From Trueperaceae bacterium (lineage in GTDB: Bacteria; Deinococcota; Deinococci; Deinococcales; Trueperaceae), in the NCBI GenBank assembly GCA_965215565.1, contig CBDCDZ010000004.1, positions 1,568,001 through 1,632,000 of the forward strand: a stretch of DNA of 64,000 nucleotides, written 5' to 3'. Each line of letters opens with the position of its first letter. Within the stretch, counting starts at the first letter, position 1. A model generated the notes under the pieces. That model ran no database searches, had not been told where the DNA came from, and saw nothing but the letters and a program-made list of their open reading frames with translations. Positions 16,535 through 26,554 of this stretch are shown piece after piece. The position numbers and the translations under genes are program-made.

Positions 16535-19500
16535 CTACGCCGCTTTCTGCTCAACACCTTCTACCATCTCGCCCCTTTCCATCTCCCTGACGATCTTCAC
16601 CGTCTCCACGCTCACCATGCAGACCCGTTTCAAGAGGTCAATGACCTCTTCCTTATAGTCCGCAAACCGATACGTATTGAACTTCTCGCGGATGGTGGGG
16701 TCACGCGGCTTTTTCTCTTTGTAGCGGTCTAGGACCCACTCGAGCGCCGAGCGGTTTCCCAACTTGTACTCCCACGCCTCAGACGGCACACCAGAGAGCA
16801 CCGTTTGAGAATCCAGCACAATCAGCCCCGCCTCCTTGTCCGCCTTGAGTTTCGCCTTGGGGTTCTTGACACTCTTTGCGTCGCTACGCTTCAAGGGATA
16901 AGGCAGAGCGGTTTCGTAGTTCAGGTGCAGACTCATCAACCTCTCGCCCCACGCGGCCCACTGCGCGAAGTCCTCGTAAAAGGGGATATGCGGGAACTCG
17001 CGCTTGAGGTTGAGTTCGTACTTTTTGCGGTATAGCGGGTTGTGCAAGACGCCGTAGGTGTAACAGAAGATAGCGGCGTTCTCCTTGACGTTGAGGAGTT
17101 GCGCTTTCAGAGTCGAGAGCTGATGCTCTAACCGGATTTTTTCACCGTTTCCGTCCTCGAGCCTCAACCTCTCGGCGACCTCTTCGATTTTTGCCTCGAG
17201 CGCTGCGTAATGTTCTTGCACGACTTTGAGTTTGGGTAGCTCGAGTTCTTCAGCAAAATCGTCGCCGTAGTGTTCCCGAAATCTCTTCAGTCCCCAGCCC
17301 GTGATGTTGTCTAGGCGGTTGCCTTTATTGTCGTAGCGGTAGAGAGGGAGGCATTGAGTTTTCTCGAGCAAATCAAGACTGCATACCTCATTCGTCACCA
17401 AAGCAGAAAAGGGTTTGGAAGAACTGATACCCGAAAATGCAATGACCAAATTTTCACCTTCAAAGATTGACGGCATTTGGTACTGTCTTTCATTAAACTC
17501 AGAAGCGAAATACAACTTTTGCTTGAGATAAGGTCTATACAAACACGTTTTAACATTCTGCCGTTCGAAGCTATATTTTTCACCTCTAAGCAGGTTCTTT
17601 TTAAGGTCCTCTGCCCATTTTATCGAGTAATCGACCTTATCACTTATTGTTTGCATACTGACTTTGCCGTGAAGACGCTCAACATCTTTGTTATAAACGT
17701 CGAAGAAAAAGCGCACTTTGGTTTCTAAATGCTCTAGCGAAAAATCGTATGCCCAATCGTCGCGATTAGTCGAAACCCCTAGAGAATAAAGTTTGAAGAT
17801 AGCTTGTTCTTCACTGCTGCTTTTGGCAGATTTGGTTTCTTTTGTCGCAACCGGAAGAAGACTATCCCAGTCGTTTTTCGTTTGGTTTATCCAAATAGAG
17901 TATTTATCTGGCGTGACGTGCTTGAATGGAATTTGCCTAAAGTTTGTAGCATTTACCCACTGCAACTTCTCTCTTGCTGTTTCCATTTCAGGGCGGCGCA
18001 TGTAGTACACGTTGGCTTCGCCCTCTTGCGCTTCTCGCTTGACGAAAAAGACGATGGCTACCCCTGTTTGAATGCCGAAAACATTGTGTGTAGTGCCGGA
18101 AAGTTTCGGATTAGCGCGAACGTCTCCGCCTAAATCTACGATGTAAATAACTCTGAACTCTTCCGCCACAACTTTTCTAAAACCATCAAAGATGCGTGAG
18201 TCTATAAATGAGCGGTTGACAATATAAGCAACAACGCCGTTTTCACCTACGCGGTCACTCGCCCAGCGTATAAAGCGCGAGTACATGTCATAAATCTTCG
18301 TCAAGTTTTGCGCCTTGCTGTGTTTGACATATGTATCTTTTATGCGCTCGTCAATAAACGGATAGGGGCGGTTCTTATTATTCTCGTTTTCGTTGAGCTG
18401 ACTCGAGTTATACGGCGGATTCCCAATAATCACCGAAATCTTGTTCTTGTTCTGCCGCTTGATGCGCTCCAAGTTCTCAGCGGTCAACTCGAACATGCTG
18501 AACTGACCTTCCGAGCCGACGTAGTTGAGGTTTTCCAGGGTGTCTACAAAGGCGATGTTTTCAAACTCGGCGTAGTGGCTCATCTTCTGCTGATAGGTGT
18601 ATTCGATGTTGAGGTTCGCGGTGTAGTAGGGCAGCAGCGCGACCTCATTGCAGAAGAGTTCGTGGGCGTACTTGTGTTTGAGCTGGTGCTTGGGCAGATA
18701 TTCGATAATCTCGGTGATGAACGTGCCGGTTCCGGTGGCGGGGTCTAAGATGTTCACGCCTTCGTCGCCTAAAAACTTGCCGAAGTGCTTGTGGGTGAGG
18801 TGGTCGGCGGCTTCGATCATGAAGCGGACGATTTCGTTGGGCGTGTAGACGATGCCCAAGCGGTCAGCAGCGGCGGGGTTGTAGGCTTTGTAGAAGTTTT
18901 CGTAAACGACCTTTAAGAACTTCTGCTTTTCGTGGTGGTTGGCGATGTTCGCCGCCGCCGCTTTAATCACGTTGTAGTAGGGCTCGACTTTGAGGAGCGC
19001 GTTGCGGCGCAGGGCTCCGGTAAAAAAGGTCTCGGTGACTTTGTAAAGCTCGCGGGCGATGTTGTTCTCACGGTGGAAGTGGCTGTCGTTAAAGGCCGAG
19101 GTGAAGATGCCTTCGGTCAGGATGTGCTGAATGACCATCTCGCGCACGTCTTCTAAACCCAAATGCGGGTTGATAGCTTTTTGCGTGAGGTCTAGCAAGC
19201 GGTTGCGCTGGGTGATAAAGTCGCTGTTCGCTGACGCTTGATCTTCAATCACCTTGCGAAGTTCGCCCAGCAGGTCAGGTATGTCGAGCTTGAACTTCTC
19301 AATCGCGTCGCGGAAGGTCTTAACGCTCGGCGGCTCGTAGCTGACGAACTGGCTCAGGAGCGCGTTTAAGGTCTCGGCGTCTTCAACGACGGCGAGCCCG
19401 ACCTCTTGTCCGTTTTGATAGAGAAGGACCTGCTGCGTATCATCGAAGAGGATATTGGTGTTGGGGTAGCCCTTCTGAAACTTCTTATCGACCTCTTCGT

Positions 19501-19759
19501 ACAGATCATCGTACTGGTCTTTGCTCTCCCAGTAGCCGCGGTCTTGGCGCAAGGCATCCTTGAGCGTGCCATCGGGGTAGACAGCGACGCCGCCCGCGCG
19601 GTACTCGAGTTCGGCAATCAACTCTAAGCTCTGCGTGCGGGCGTAGCCTTCTAAGAGTTGATAAAAAGCGTTGCGAAGGCTTTGTTCGTTGCGCGAGCCG
19701 CCGTACTGGATGTAGCGCTCGACTTTGCTGCGGTATTGGTTGATAAGTTGCAGGGACAC
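16535..19759 (-). CDS. Single-polypeptide restriction-modification enzyme (N6-adenine MTase, type ISP-like C-terminus, no helicase domain)
   Basis: N-terminal PDGTLKD...YWESK nuclease-like motif; GIVYTP, ILDPATGTGTF, IGNPPY; C-terminal YKLGNRSALEWV. Confidence 0.88.
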   Translation of the reverse strand: MSLQLINQYRSKVERYIQYGGSRNEQSLRNAFYQLLEGYARTQSLELIAELEYRAGGVAVYPDGTLKDALRQDRGYWESKDQYDDLYEEVDKKFQKGYPNTNILFDDTQQVLLYQNGQEVGLAVVEDAETLNALLSQFVSYEPPSVKTFRDAIEKFKLDIPDLLGELRKVIEDQASANSDFITQRNRLLDLTQKAINPHLGLEDVREMVIQHILTEGIFTSAFNDSHFHRENNIARELYKVTETFFTGALRRNALLKVEPYYNVIKAAAANIANHHEKQKFLKVVYENFYKAYNPAAADRLGIVYTPNEIVRFMIEAADHLTHKHFGKFLGDEGVNILDPATGTGTFITEIIEYLPKHQLKHKYAHELFCNEVALLPYYTANLNIEYTYQQKMSHYAEFENIAFVDTLENLNYVGSEGQFSMFELTAENLERIKRQNKNKISVIIGNPPYNSSQLNENENNKNRPYPFIDERIKDTYVKHSKAQNLTKIYDMYSRFIRWASDRVGENGVVAYIVNRSFIDSRIFDGFRKVVAEEFRVIYIVDLGGDVRANPKLSGTTHNVFGIQTGVAIVFFVKREAQEGEANVYYMRRPEMETAREKLQWVNATNFRQIPFKHVTPDKYSIWINQTKNDWDSLLPVATKETKSAKSSSEEQAIFKLYSLGVSTNRDDWAYDFSLEHLETKVRFFFDVYNKDVERLHGKVSMQTISDKVDYSIKWAEDLKKNLLRGEKYSFERQNVKTCLYRPYLKQKLYFASEFNERQYQMPSIFEGENLVIAFSGISSSKPFSALVTNEVCSLDLLEKTQCLPLYRYDNKGNRLDNITGWGLKRFREHYGDDFAEELELPKLKVVQEHYAALEAKIEEVAERLRLEDGNGEKIRLEHQLSTLKAQLLNVKENAAIFCYTYGVLHNPLYRKKYELNLKREFPHIPFYEDFAQWAAWGERLMSLHLNYETALPYPLKRSDAKSVKNPKAKLKADKEAGLIVLDSQTVLSGVPSEAWEYKLGNRSALEWVLDRYKEKKPRDPTIREKFNTYRFADYKEEVIDLLKRVCMVSVETVKIVREMERGEMVEGVEQKAA

Positions 19760-19939
19760 AAAGTTATGCTATTTATGAACCCTGTATTAAGCAGAGAGAT
19801 TTTTCGCGGGTAGTAAATTATCTTTCCTCTTTTTTCGCTCAAGTCGTATTATTTACACTCGCATTGTTCATATGCAGTCCTGATCATCGCCCTATCTTTT
19901 CGCTCTGCCGCGTTTGTAAACTTACTAGCTACGCGGTCT

Positions 19940-20722
19940 CTAAGTCACATCTTTTTCAGAACGCCTAGACGAAAACAGCAACATATATCCCAGGCGGGCG
20001 AGGATAACGATGAGCAAAATGGTCACTAAAATGGATGTCGAAACCATCCAAATCACGTAATACTTGATGAGCCGAAACGCTGTAGGGAAAGCGTCCGCAA
20101 CCGTGTCTACTACACCTGAGCCAACTTGTACCGGGACGTGCTGCGTTACTCTGTTCATAACAGCGCGGCGGACGCTGTCGAGCACCCCCGTCGCCACCTC
20201 TAGCTCTGGCACTGGTAGAGGTACGGGCTCGAGCCGCTCAGGTGCGCCTGAACTATCCGTCTCTTGCGCTGGCTCGGTGAGGTTGGTCGCGGGCACATTC
20301 TGGACGATATTAGACGCTCTATCTGTCCACTGCTGCAAACAACGCGCCGACGCGGGCGCGACCTCTTTTACGCCTTGCCAGCCTTTTGTGACACTCGAGG
20401 CCGCACCCGACGCCAGGGCGCTTGCACCTTCGCGCCACTCGAGCGCTCTGACGCGGTTCGCCTGTTCTCCAAGCGACTGCACCGCTTTACCGGGTTGAAT
20501 TTTAGAGAGGTCTCTCAGTTTGGGGGTCTCGAGTTCGCTTAGATTGCGGTTAAGCCTCTGCGCATCCTTTTGAAATGCTTGCGCCGTGCCGCCGACACTT
20601 TGACGAAGCTCTGCAGCGCTGAAGTCAGGGCACGCTTCAGCAGGCGTTTCCGCTTGCGCTGCGCCCACCCCCGTGTAGAGCAACAGGCTGAGCAGGAGCA
20701 GCGTGCGGGTTAGCTTGACCAT
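19940..20722 (-). CDS. Hypothetical exported protein with a C-terminal TM anchor
   Basis: N-terminal signal peptide (AAQA) and C-terminal hydrophobic helix. Confidence 0.6.
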   Translation of the reverse strand: MVKLTRTLLLLSLLLYTGVGAAQAETPAEACPDFSAAELRQSVGGTAQAFQKDAQRLNRNLSELETPKLRDLSKIQPGKAVQSLGEQANRVRALEWREGASALASGAASSVTKGWQGVKEVAPASARCLQQWTDRASNIVQNVPATNLTEPAQETDSSGAPERLEPVPLPVPELEVATGVLDSVRRAVMNRVTQHVPVQVGSGVVDTVADAFPTAFRLIKYYVIWMVSTSILVTILLIVILARLGYMLLFSSRRSEKDVT

Positions 20723-20872
20723 AGTGATTTAACTGTACACCTTGGGAGATGGGTTGAAGGTTGGGTGGCTCGAGCTTCAACCTCTTAGGCGCTCGGACAA
20801 GTCAAATCAGAACCGCCTAGAAGCCCCCGCACACCACATAGCATAGCGGCGGATACAGGTCATAATATAGAT

Positions 20873-22537
20873 ATGCAATCTACGAATGAGCAGGCTCAAA
20901 AAGCCGTTATCATTGGCTCGGGCATCGGCGGTTTGGCGCTCGGAATTCGCTTGCAAAGCTTGGGATTCGAGACGACGATTCTGGAGAAGCTCGACGGTCC
21001 CGGTGGACGCGCCTACGTGAAGCGCGCGGAGGGCTTCACCTTCGACATGGGACCGACGGTCTTGACGGTGCCACACTTTATCGAGGAGTTATTCGCCCTA
21101 GAGCGCGGCGCGGCGGCGCTCAGCGAGCCCGACTTTCCGCCGCACACCCTCGCCGGCGAGCGCATCAAAGAAGGCGTCAGCGGCGGACCCGCTACCTCAC
21201 AGTACGCCCAAATCGTCCCCATACTCCCCTTCTACCGCATCTACTTCGACGACGGCACCTTCTTCGACTACGACGGCGACCCGGAGGGGACGCGGCGGCA
21301 GATCAAGGAGCTTGCGCCAGAAGATTTAGAGGGCTATGAGAGGTTCCACGAGGCGGCGAAGGCGATCTTCGAGCGAGGCTTTTTGGAGCTTGGCTACACC
21401 TATTTCGGCAACATCCCCTCGATGCTGCGCGTCGTGCCCGACTTGCTGCGCTTAGACGCGGTGCGCCCGCTCTTTTCGCTCGTCAAGAAGTACTTCAAAT
21501 CGGACAAGATGCGTCAGGTCTTCTCCTTCGAACCCCTTCTCGTCGGCGGCAACCCGCTTAAAGTCCCGGCAATTTACGCGATGATTCACTTTGTCGAGAA
21601 GACCTGGGGTATTCACTTCGCAATGGGCGGCACGGGCGCGTTGGTGGAAGGGTTTGTCAAAAAGTTCGAGGAGTTGGGCGGCGAAATCCGTTTTGATAGT
21701 GAAGTGGCGCGCATCGACGTGGTCAAAGAGGGCAAGAAGAAGGTGGCGAAGGGCGTGACGCTCGCAAGTGGCGAGAAGTTGGACGCTGACCTCGTCGTCT
21801 CTAACGGCGACTACGCCAGCACCTATTTGAACCTCATTGATAAGGAGCACCGCTTCTGGAACCGCGACATGGTGGTCAAAGCGCGCAAGCAGTCGATGTC
21901 TTTGTTCGTCATTTACTTCGGCTTCGAGGCTCCACCAGAACTCGATTTGCAGCACCACAACATCATCTTAGGTCCGCGTTACGAGGAACTCTTGACCGAC
22001 ATCTTCGACCGCAAGATTTTGGCGGAGGACTTCTCGCAGTACCTCCACATCCCGACGCTCACCGACCCCAGCCTTGCGCCGCCGGGACATCACGCGGCAT
22101 ATACGCTTGTCCCTGTACCGCATAAGGGCAGTGGTTTGGATTGGGACGCGCTCGGCGAGCCCTTCGCGGATAAGATTTTAAGTTTTTTAGATGAGCGGGG
22201 CTATGTTCCTGGTCTAAAAGAGCGGCTCGTCTATCAGAGCTTCGTCACGCCCGACTACTTCGAGGGAACGCTCAACTCTTACATGGGCAACGGCTTCGGC
22301 GTCGAGCCGGTGCTCGTGCAGTCCGCCTTTTTCCGTCCTCACAACCGCAGCGAAGACGTGAGCAACCTCTACTTAGTAGGCGCGAACGCGCAGCCGGGCG
22401 GCGGGACGCCCTCGGTGATGATGTCGGCGAAGATGACAGCCAGGGTTATCGCAAAAGATTTCGACGTGCCAGAAGAGGTCATGAGCGGTGTAGGGAAGCT
22501 CGAGCCCTCGAACCGCAAAGAGATGGTGGAGGCGTAA
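20873..22537 (+). CDS. crtI: Phytoene desaturase
   Basis: IGSGIGG FAD motif, [27 protein letters not shown]. Confidence 0.92.
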   Translation: MQSTNEQAQKAVIIGSGIGGLALGIRLQSLGFETTILEKLDGPGGRAYVKRAEGFTFDMGPTVLTVPHFIEELFALERGAAALSEPDFPPHTLAGERIKEGVSGGPATSQYAQIVPILPFYRIYFDDGTFFDYDGDPEGTRRQIKELAPEDLEGYERFHEAAKAIFERGFLELGYTYFGNIPSMLRVVPDLLRLDAVRPLFSLVKKYFKSDKMRQVFSFEPLLVGGNPLKVPAIYAMIHFVEKTWGIHFAMGGTGALVEGFVKKFEELGGEIRFDSEVARIDVVKEGKKKVAKGVTLASGEKLDADLVVSNGDYASTYLNLIDKEHRFWNRDMVVKARKQSMSLFVIYFGFEAPPELDLQHHNIILGPRYEELLTDIFDRKILAEDFSQYLHIPTLTDPSLAPPGHHAAYTLVPVPHKGSGLDWDALGEPFADKILSFLDERGYVPGLKERLVYQSFVTPDYFEGTLNSYMGNGFGVEPVLVQSAFFRPHNRSEDVSNLYLVGANAQPGGGTPSVMMSAKMTARVIAKDFDVPEEVMSGVGKLEPSNRKEMVEA

Positions 22538-22782
22538 TACGGTTTCCGGGTGATTCTTACGGGAATTACCCCGAGCAAAGAGTCTTCAACAGCAGGTAGC
22601 ATCTGGTCATAGACGCAGTGCGTTAATAACGGCATGACACGCCCTGTTGAAGACTCCTAAGCGAGTTGAAAAGACTATGGATTCCGATGACTGTGGAATC
22701 AACTCCAGCGATAGCGAAGCACGCAGTGTCGGAGTTTATGTAGTAATCAATTGGAATCCGTGGGTTTAGGGGCGGGCTCGAG

Positions 22783-23712
22783 TCAAACCCCTTCCCTCCG
22801 AAGTTCCGCCACTACATCCCCCACACCCGAGCGAAACGACGGATAGCGCGGCTCCCAACCTAAAACCGTCTTAGCTTTCTCGTTCGAGACGCGAAACGAC
22901 GTGGTGAGCGACGCGACGACGGGACCGCCGATCATCAAGGCGATGAGCCAGGGCGGGATGCTGCCGACGTGCTTGTGCCCCGTCGCCTCGGTCAGCGCGT
23001 CTACCAATTCGCGCAAGCGGATGGGTTCGTCGTCCACAACGTTGAAGTTCTCGCCGTAAGCGCTCGAGGAGAGGGCTCCCAAAAAGCTCTGCGCCAAGTC
23101 GTCCACGTGAACCGTACTCCAGAAGTTCTCCCCCGCGCCGAACACGCGGAGCTGATTTTTCGTCAAGGTGTCGTAAAACGCTGACTTGAACAACCCGCCG
23201 GGACCGTAGACGAATCCCGCCGTGAGGATGATGACTTTGAGGTTCTTCCGGGTATGAAGGTCAGCCAGGTAGCGTACCATCGCGGCATGTCCTAAACCCA
23301 TCGGTGAAGGATCGAGCGGCGTCTCCTCGGTAATCCACTCGTCGCTGTGGTCGCCGTAACCGAAGCAGCCGTTGGTGTAGATAAGGTGTTTGTCATGCTC
23401 CAAGCAAGCCTCCGCCAGCGCAGAGGTCATCACCTCATCGGCGTGGTTGATCTGCGCGACTTTCCTCTGCGTCATGCGACCCGAGACGCCCAGTTGCGCG
23501 GCTTGGACCACGGCGTCGACCTCTCCGACTAAAGAGGTGTAGGTGCTGGGCTCCAACATCTCCCCCACCGCTACGCGCATCCCGGCGTCTTGCAGCGGTT
23601 CCGCTTTAGCCGGATTTCTGACCAATCCGGTCACGGTATGTCCTGCATTCAACAGAGCCTCGGCGGTAGCACTGCCCACGAACCCTGTTGCGCCTGTTAC
23701 GAGTACGTGCAT
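22783..23712 (-). CDS. NAD-dependent epimerase/dehydratase (atypical SDR)
   Basis: VTGATGFVG, VYGPG, VHVDDLA. Confidence 0.88.
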   Translation of the reverse strand: MHVLVTGATGFVGSATAEALLNAGHTVTGLVRNPAKAEPLQDAGMRVAVGEMLEPSTYTSLVGEVDAVVQAAQLGVSGRMTQRKVAQINHADEVMTSALAEACLEHDKHLIYTNGCFGYGDHSDEWITEETPLDPSPMGLGHAAMVRYLADLHTRKNLKVIILTAGFVYGPGGLFKSAFYDTLTKNQLRVFGAGENFWSTVHVDDLAQSFLGALSSSAYGENFNVVDDEPIRLRELVDALTEATGHKHVGSIPPWLIALMIGGPVVASLTTSFRVSNEKAKTVLGWEPRYPSFRSGVGDVVAELRREGV

Positions 23713-23737
23713 AGGAGACCTCCCGCTGCTTGTATAC

Positions 23738-24952
23738 CTAATCCAACGTCACCTGGTCAAGCTCCTGCTGCCGCGCCGCTTCGCGCTCGAGCTGCTCGTC
23801 GCTCTTGAGCCACTGCGCCAGCCACGTCGTCACCTCGTCGTAGTAGCGAAACACCAAGCTACCGATGATGACCATCACGATGACGTAAAGCGAGGTCATC
23901 CCGGTGAGCGCCGCTCTCGTGCTTTCGGGTAGCATCGTCACGCCACCCGCGAGCCCGACGATCACGAGCGAAAACTCGCCTCTCGGCAAGAGCATGAGCC
24001 CGTGCCCGATGCTGCCGCGCTGACTCAAGCCGCTGAGCCGCCCTGAGACGTAAGCCGTGAACATATTGACAACTATAGTGACGGCGACTAAAAGGAGCGC
24101 CGCGGGCAGTTGACTCAACGCGCTCACGACATTCACGTGCAGGCCGAAGTCGAGGAAAAAAGCGGCGGCGGCGACGTCGTACCAAGGGTGAAGGGTCTCT
24201 TCCAAGCGGTCTTTGAAGGGCGAGTCCGCGATAAGCATCCCTAAAAGAAAGGCGGCGACGGCTTCGGGAAAGCCTAAGCTCTTCGCGCCGATGGAGAAGA
24301 GCACAACGAGCGCGAGCGCTAAGAGTACCAGCGATTCCCCTTCACGGCTAAAAAGTCGCTCTAAAACCGGACGCCCGAAGCGCAGCAGCAAGAGGTAGAG
24401 CACGAGGAAGATACCGACGCCTGCAAAGTCCGCGAGCCCGCCGCCCGCCGTGATAATTCCTAAGCCGCCCAAGATGATAACCATCGCCAAATCTTCATAG
24501 ACGAGCACGCCCAAAGTCCGCTCCGCTTCGGGGTAGGCGATGAGGTTGCGCTCGGCTAAAAGTTTGGCGATAACGCCTGAGGACGAGATATAGACGATGC
24601 CGCCCAAAAAGAGCGCCGCCAGCCAGCCGAAGCCGAAAAGAAGCCCGAGAGAAAAGCCCGCCGCGAAGTTGAGCAGGTCTATGCTGCCCGCGAGCGTCAT
24701 CGACTTGCCGCCCTCTAAAAAGCGGGGCAAGGAGAACTCGAGCCCCATGTAAAAGAGCAGCAAGATGATCCCGAGTTCGGCGAGCATCGCCGTGATTTCC
24801 GTAGTTTCGTAGACGGTCACGACGCCATAAGGACCCAAGAGCAGCCCGAGCACGATGTAACCGACGATGCTGGACAAACCGATCTTTTGACTGATCCAAT
24901 GGGCAACGTAAAGCCCTACCGCGATAAAACCTAACTCTAAAATAGGGGTCAA
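23738..24952 (-). CDS. CPA2-family cation:proton antiporter (KhtU-like)
   Basis: LGIILLLFYMGLEFS, ISSSGVIAK, VYEDLA, PRGEFS; multi-TM. Confidence 0.88.
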   Translation of the reverse strand: MTPILELGFIAVGLYVAHWISQKIGLSSIVGYIVLGLLLGPYGVVTVYETTEITAMLAELGIILLLFYMGLEFSLPRFLEGGKSMTLAGSIDLLNFAAGFSLGLLFGFGWLAALFLGGIVYISSSGVIAKLLAERNLIAYPEAERTLGVLVYEDLAMVIILGGLGIITAGGGLADFAGVGIFLVLYLLLLRFGRPVLERLFSREGESLVLLALALVVLFSIGAKSLGFPEAVAAFLLGMLIADSPFKDRLEETLHPWYDVAAAAFFLDFGLHVNVVSALSQLPAALLLVAVTIVVNMFTAYVSGRLSGLSQRGSIGHGLMLLPRGEFSLVIVGLAGGVTMLPESTRAALTGMTSLYVIVMVIIGSLVFRYYDEVTTWLAQWLKSDEQLEREAARQQELDQVTLD

Positions 24953-25267
24953 TGGAACCTCTTTTCGGTTGTGACAAAAGGGTAACGAAGGACGCTACAC
25001 CTCTTCTTACCTTTACTTAGAAGAGGTCAGCGTATCCCTGTTCGCCGTTCTCAAGGCTCAACAACTTATACGGAATTGCACAACTCACTTATCCTTGCTG
25101 AGAGCGTTGCTTCGCCCAGCGGGAGCAGAGCGACTTTACTTCGTGCATAGAGCTTTTCAGCGACTCAGCTTTAGCTAGCGGACCGGGCAGAGTTTACGTC
25201 CCATCCGTGAAGGGCGTGACTTAGTTTTGCAAACCAAGTCACGCAACCTCGTATTACCAGCCTGGAA

Positions 25268-25777
25268 CTACTCGCTTTCGATAAGCTCGCGAGCCGCGCC
25301 GGTTTGAGCGTGTGAGCCGATGAGCAGTACCGTGTCGTGCACCTCGAATTCCGTGTCCACATCGGGGTTGGGGATGGCTTGCTCGCTACGCATAATCGCG
25401 ACGATGGACGCGCCCGTTTCGGTGCGCAGCGGGAAGTTGTTGAGCGTGCGCCCGACGAGGGGTGAACCGGACTTGAGTTCGACCCACTCGATCTCCATCT
25501 CGCCCAGGGCGAGTTCTAACTTCTCTAAGTCGGGCGCGGTGACCATCGGTCTACCTAAGAGGTTGGAAATCTGCTGCGCCTCCTCGTCGTCCACTTTGAT
25601 GACGTCGCAGGGGCGGTCTTCGTCCTCTAGAAAGTGGTACATCTGCCGCTCGCCGTCCGGCTTGATGATGACCGCCAAGTTGCCGCCCGTACGCAGGGGC
25701 ATGACGTACTTCTTGCCGACGCCCGGCAGGGTGGCTTCGCGGATGTGGATGTCTTCTTGGGTGGTAACTTTTGCCAT
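25268..25777 (-). CDS. K+/H+ antiporter regulatory subunit (KhtT-like, TrkA-C domain)
   Basis: IREATLPGVGKKY N-terminus; RTETGASIVAIMR...PNPD RCK_C domain. Confidence 0.88.
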   Translation of the reverse strand: MAKVTTQEDIHIREATLPGVGKKYVMPLRTGGNLAVIIKPDGERQMYHFLEDEDRPCDVIKVDDEEAQQISNLLGRPMVTAPDLEKLELALGEMEIEWVELKSGSPLVGRTLNNFPLRTETGASIVAIMRSEQAIPNPDVDTEFEVHDTVLLIGSHAQTGAARELIESE

Positions 25778-25810
25778 ACCTCTATTGTAGAGGTTCTGAA
25801 GCGCTGTGAC

Positions 25811-25827
25811 CTTACATCCGACTTACA
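25811..25827. promoter_or_regulatory. CTTACA-N5-CTTACA direct repeat upstream of the khtT-like gene
   Basis: 11-bp phased hexamers about 22 bp upstream of the minus-strand TACAAT -10. Confidence 0.45.
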
Positions 25828-25893
25828 CAGAAGCAGCAATCCAGTCAAGCTGGTGTACGTCAGTCCTCGCGTAGTGAACGAACGGTGAGTTGC

Positions 25894-25947
25894 GAGCAAC
25901 GAGCAATGAGTGAAAAGCCTTTGAATTTCACTCATTGCTCGTTGCTC
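25894..25947. repeat. 22-bp perfect inverted repeat built from heptamer units
   Basis: GAGCAACGAGCAATGAGTGAAA / TTTCACTCATTGCTCGTTGCTC with a 10-nt loop. Confidence 0.85.
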
Positions 25948-26071
25948 ATTGCTTTCAACTATCCTAGCCTCCCCCGTGTGCGCAGCGTCACGCCCTGGGT
26001 AAAAAACTTTACTCACACCAGGTGAAGTTTTCCAGTTAAAAGGGTGAAGACTACGTGCTACATTGCCCATT

Positions 26072-26554
26072 ATGCTGTTAAGACCCAACTTTATCGTCGA
26101 CAAGGTCTCGGAGGTGACGCCTGGATTCTTGCGCGAGCGGGGCATCCGGGCGGTCATGGTGGACCTGGACGACACGCTCGTCGCAGGGGGCGCTACCACT
26201 TTGGACCCTACTTTCACCTCTTGGTTGCACGCCCTCAAAGCGGCGCGTCTACCTGTCCTTATCTTGAGCAACGGCTCCAGGGCGCGCGTTGCGCAGTGGT
26301 CCCAGAACTTGGGTGTCTTAGGTCTATCCCTCGTCGGCAAGCCCTTCACCTTCGCCTTTCGGCGCGGACTGCGGCGCTTGGGCAGCCAGGCAAGCGAGAC
26401 GGCGATGATCGGTGACCAGCTCTTCACCGACGTTTTAGGCGCGAACTTGATAGGGATGACCTCGATTTTAGTGACGCCACTCTCGCCGGGAAAACTCTTG
26501 CACACCAGACTGCTTAGACACTTAGAAACGCGCATCTTGAGAGGAGACGCCTGA
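26072..26554 (+). CDS. YqeG-family HAD IIIA phosphatase
   Basis: DLDDTL, ILSNG, GKP, MIGDQLFTDVLGAN. Confidence 0.9.
   Translation: MLLRPNFIVDKVSEVTPGFLRERGIRAVMVDLDDTLVAGGATTLDPTFTSWLHALKAARLPVLILSNGSRARVAQWSQNLGVLGLSLVGKPFTFAFRRGLRRLGSQASETAMIGDQLFTDVLGANLIGMTSILVTPLSPGKLLHTRLLRHLETRILRGDA

Noticed and set aside
22580..22656. attC-like integron site
   Set aside because: Ends fit RYYYAAC/GTTRRRY poorly; no cassette array or integron integrase nearby
25627..26535. 302-aa minus-strand ORF
   Set aside because: Antisense shadow of yqeG running through a repeat; no recognisable motifs
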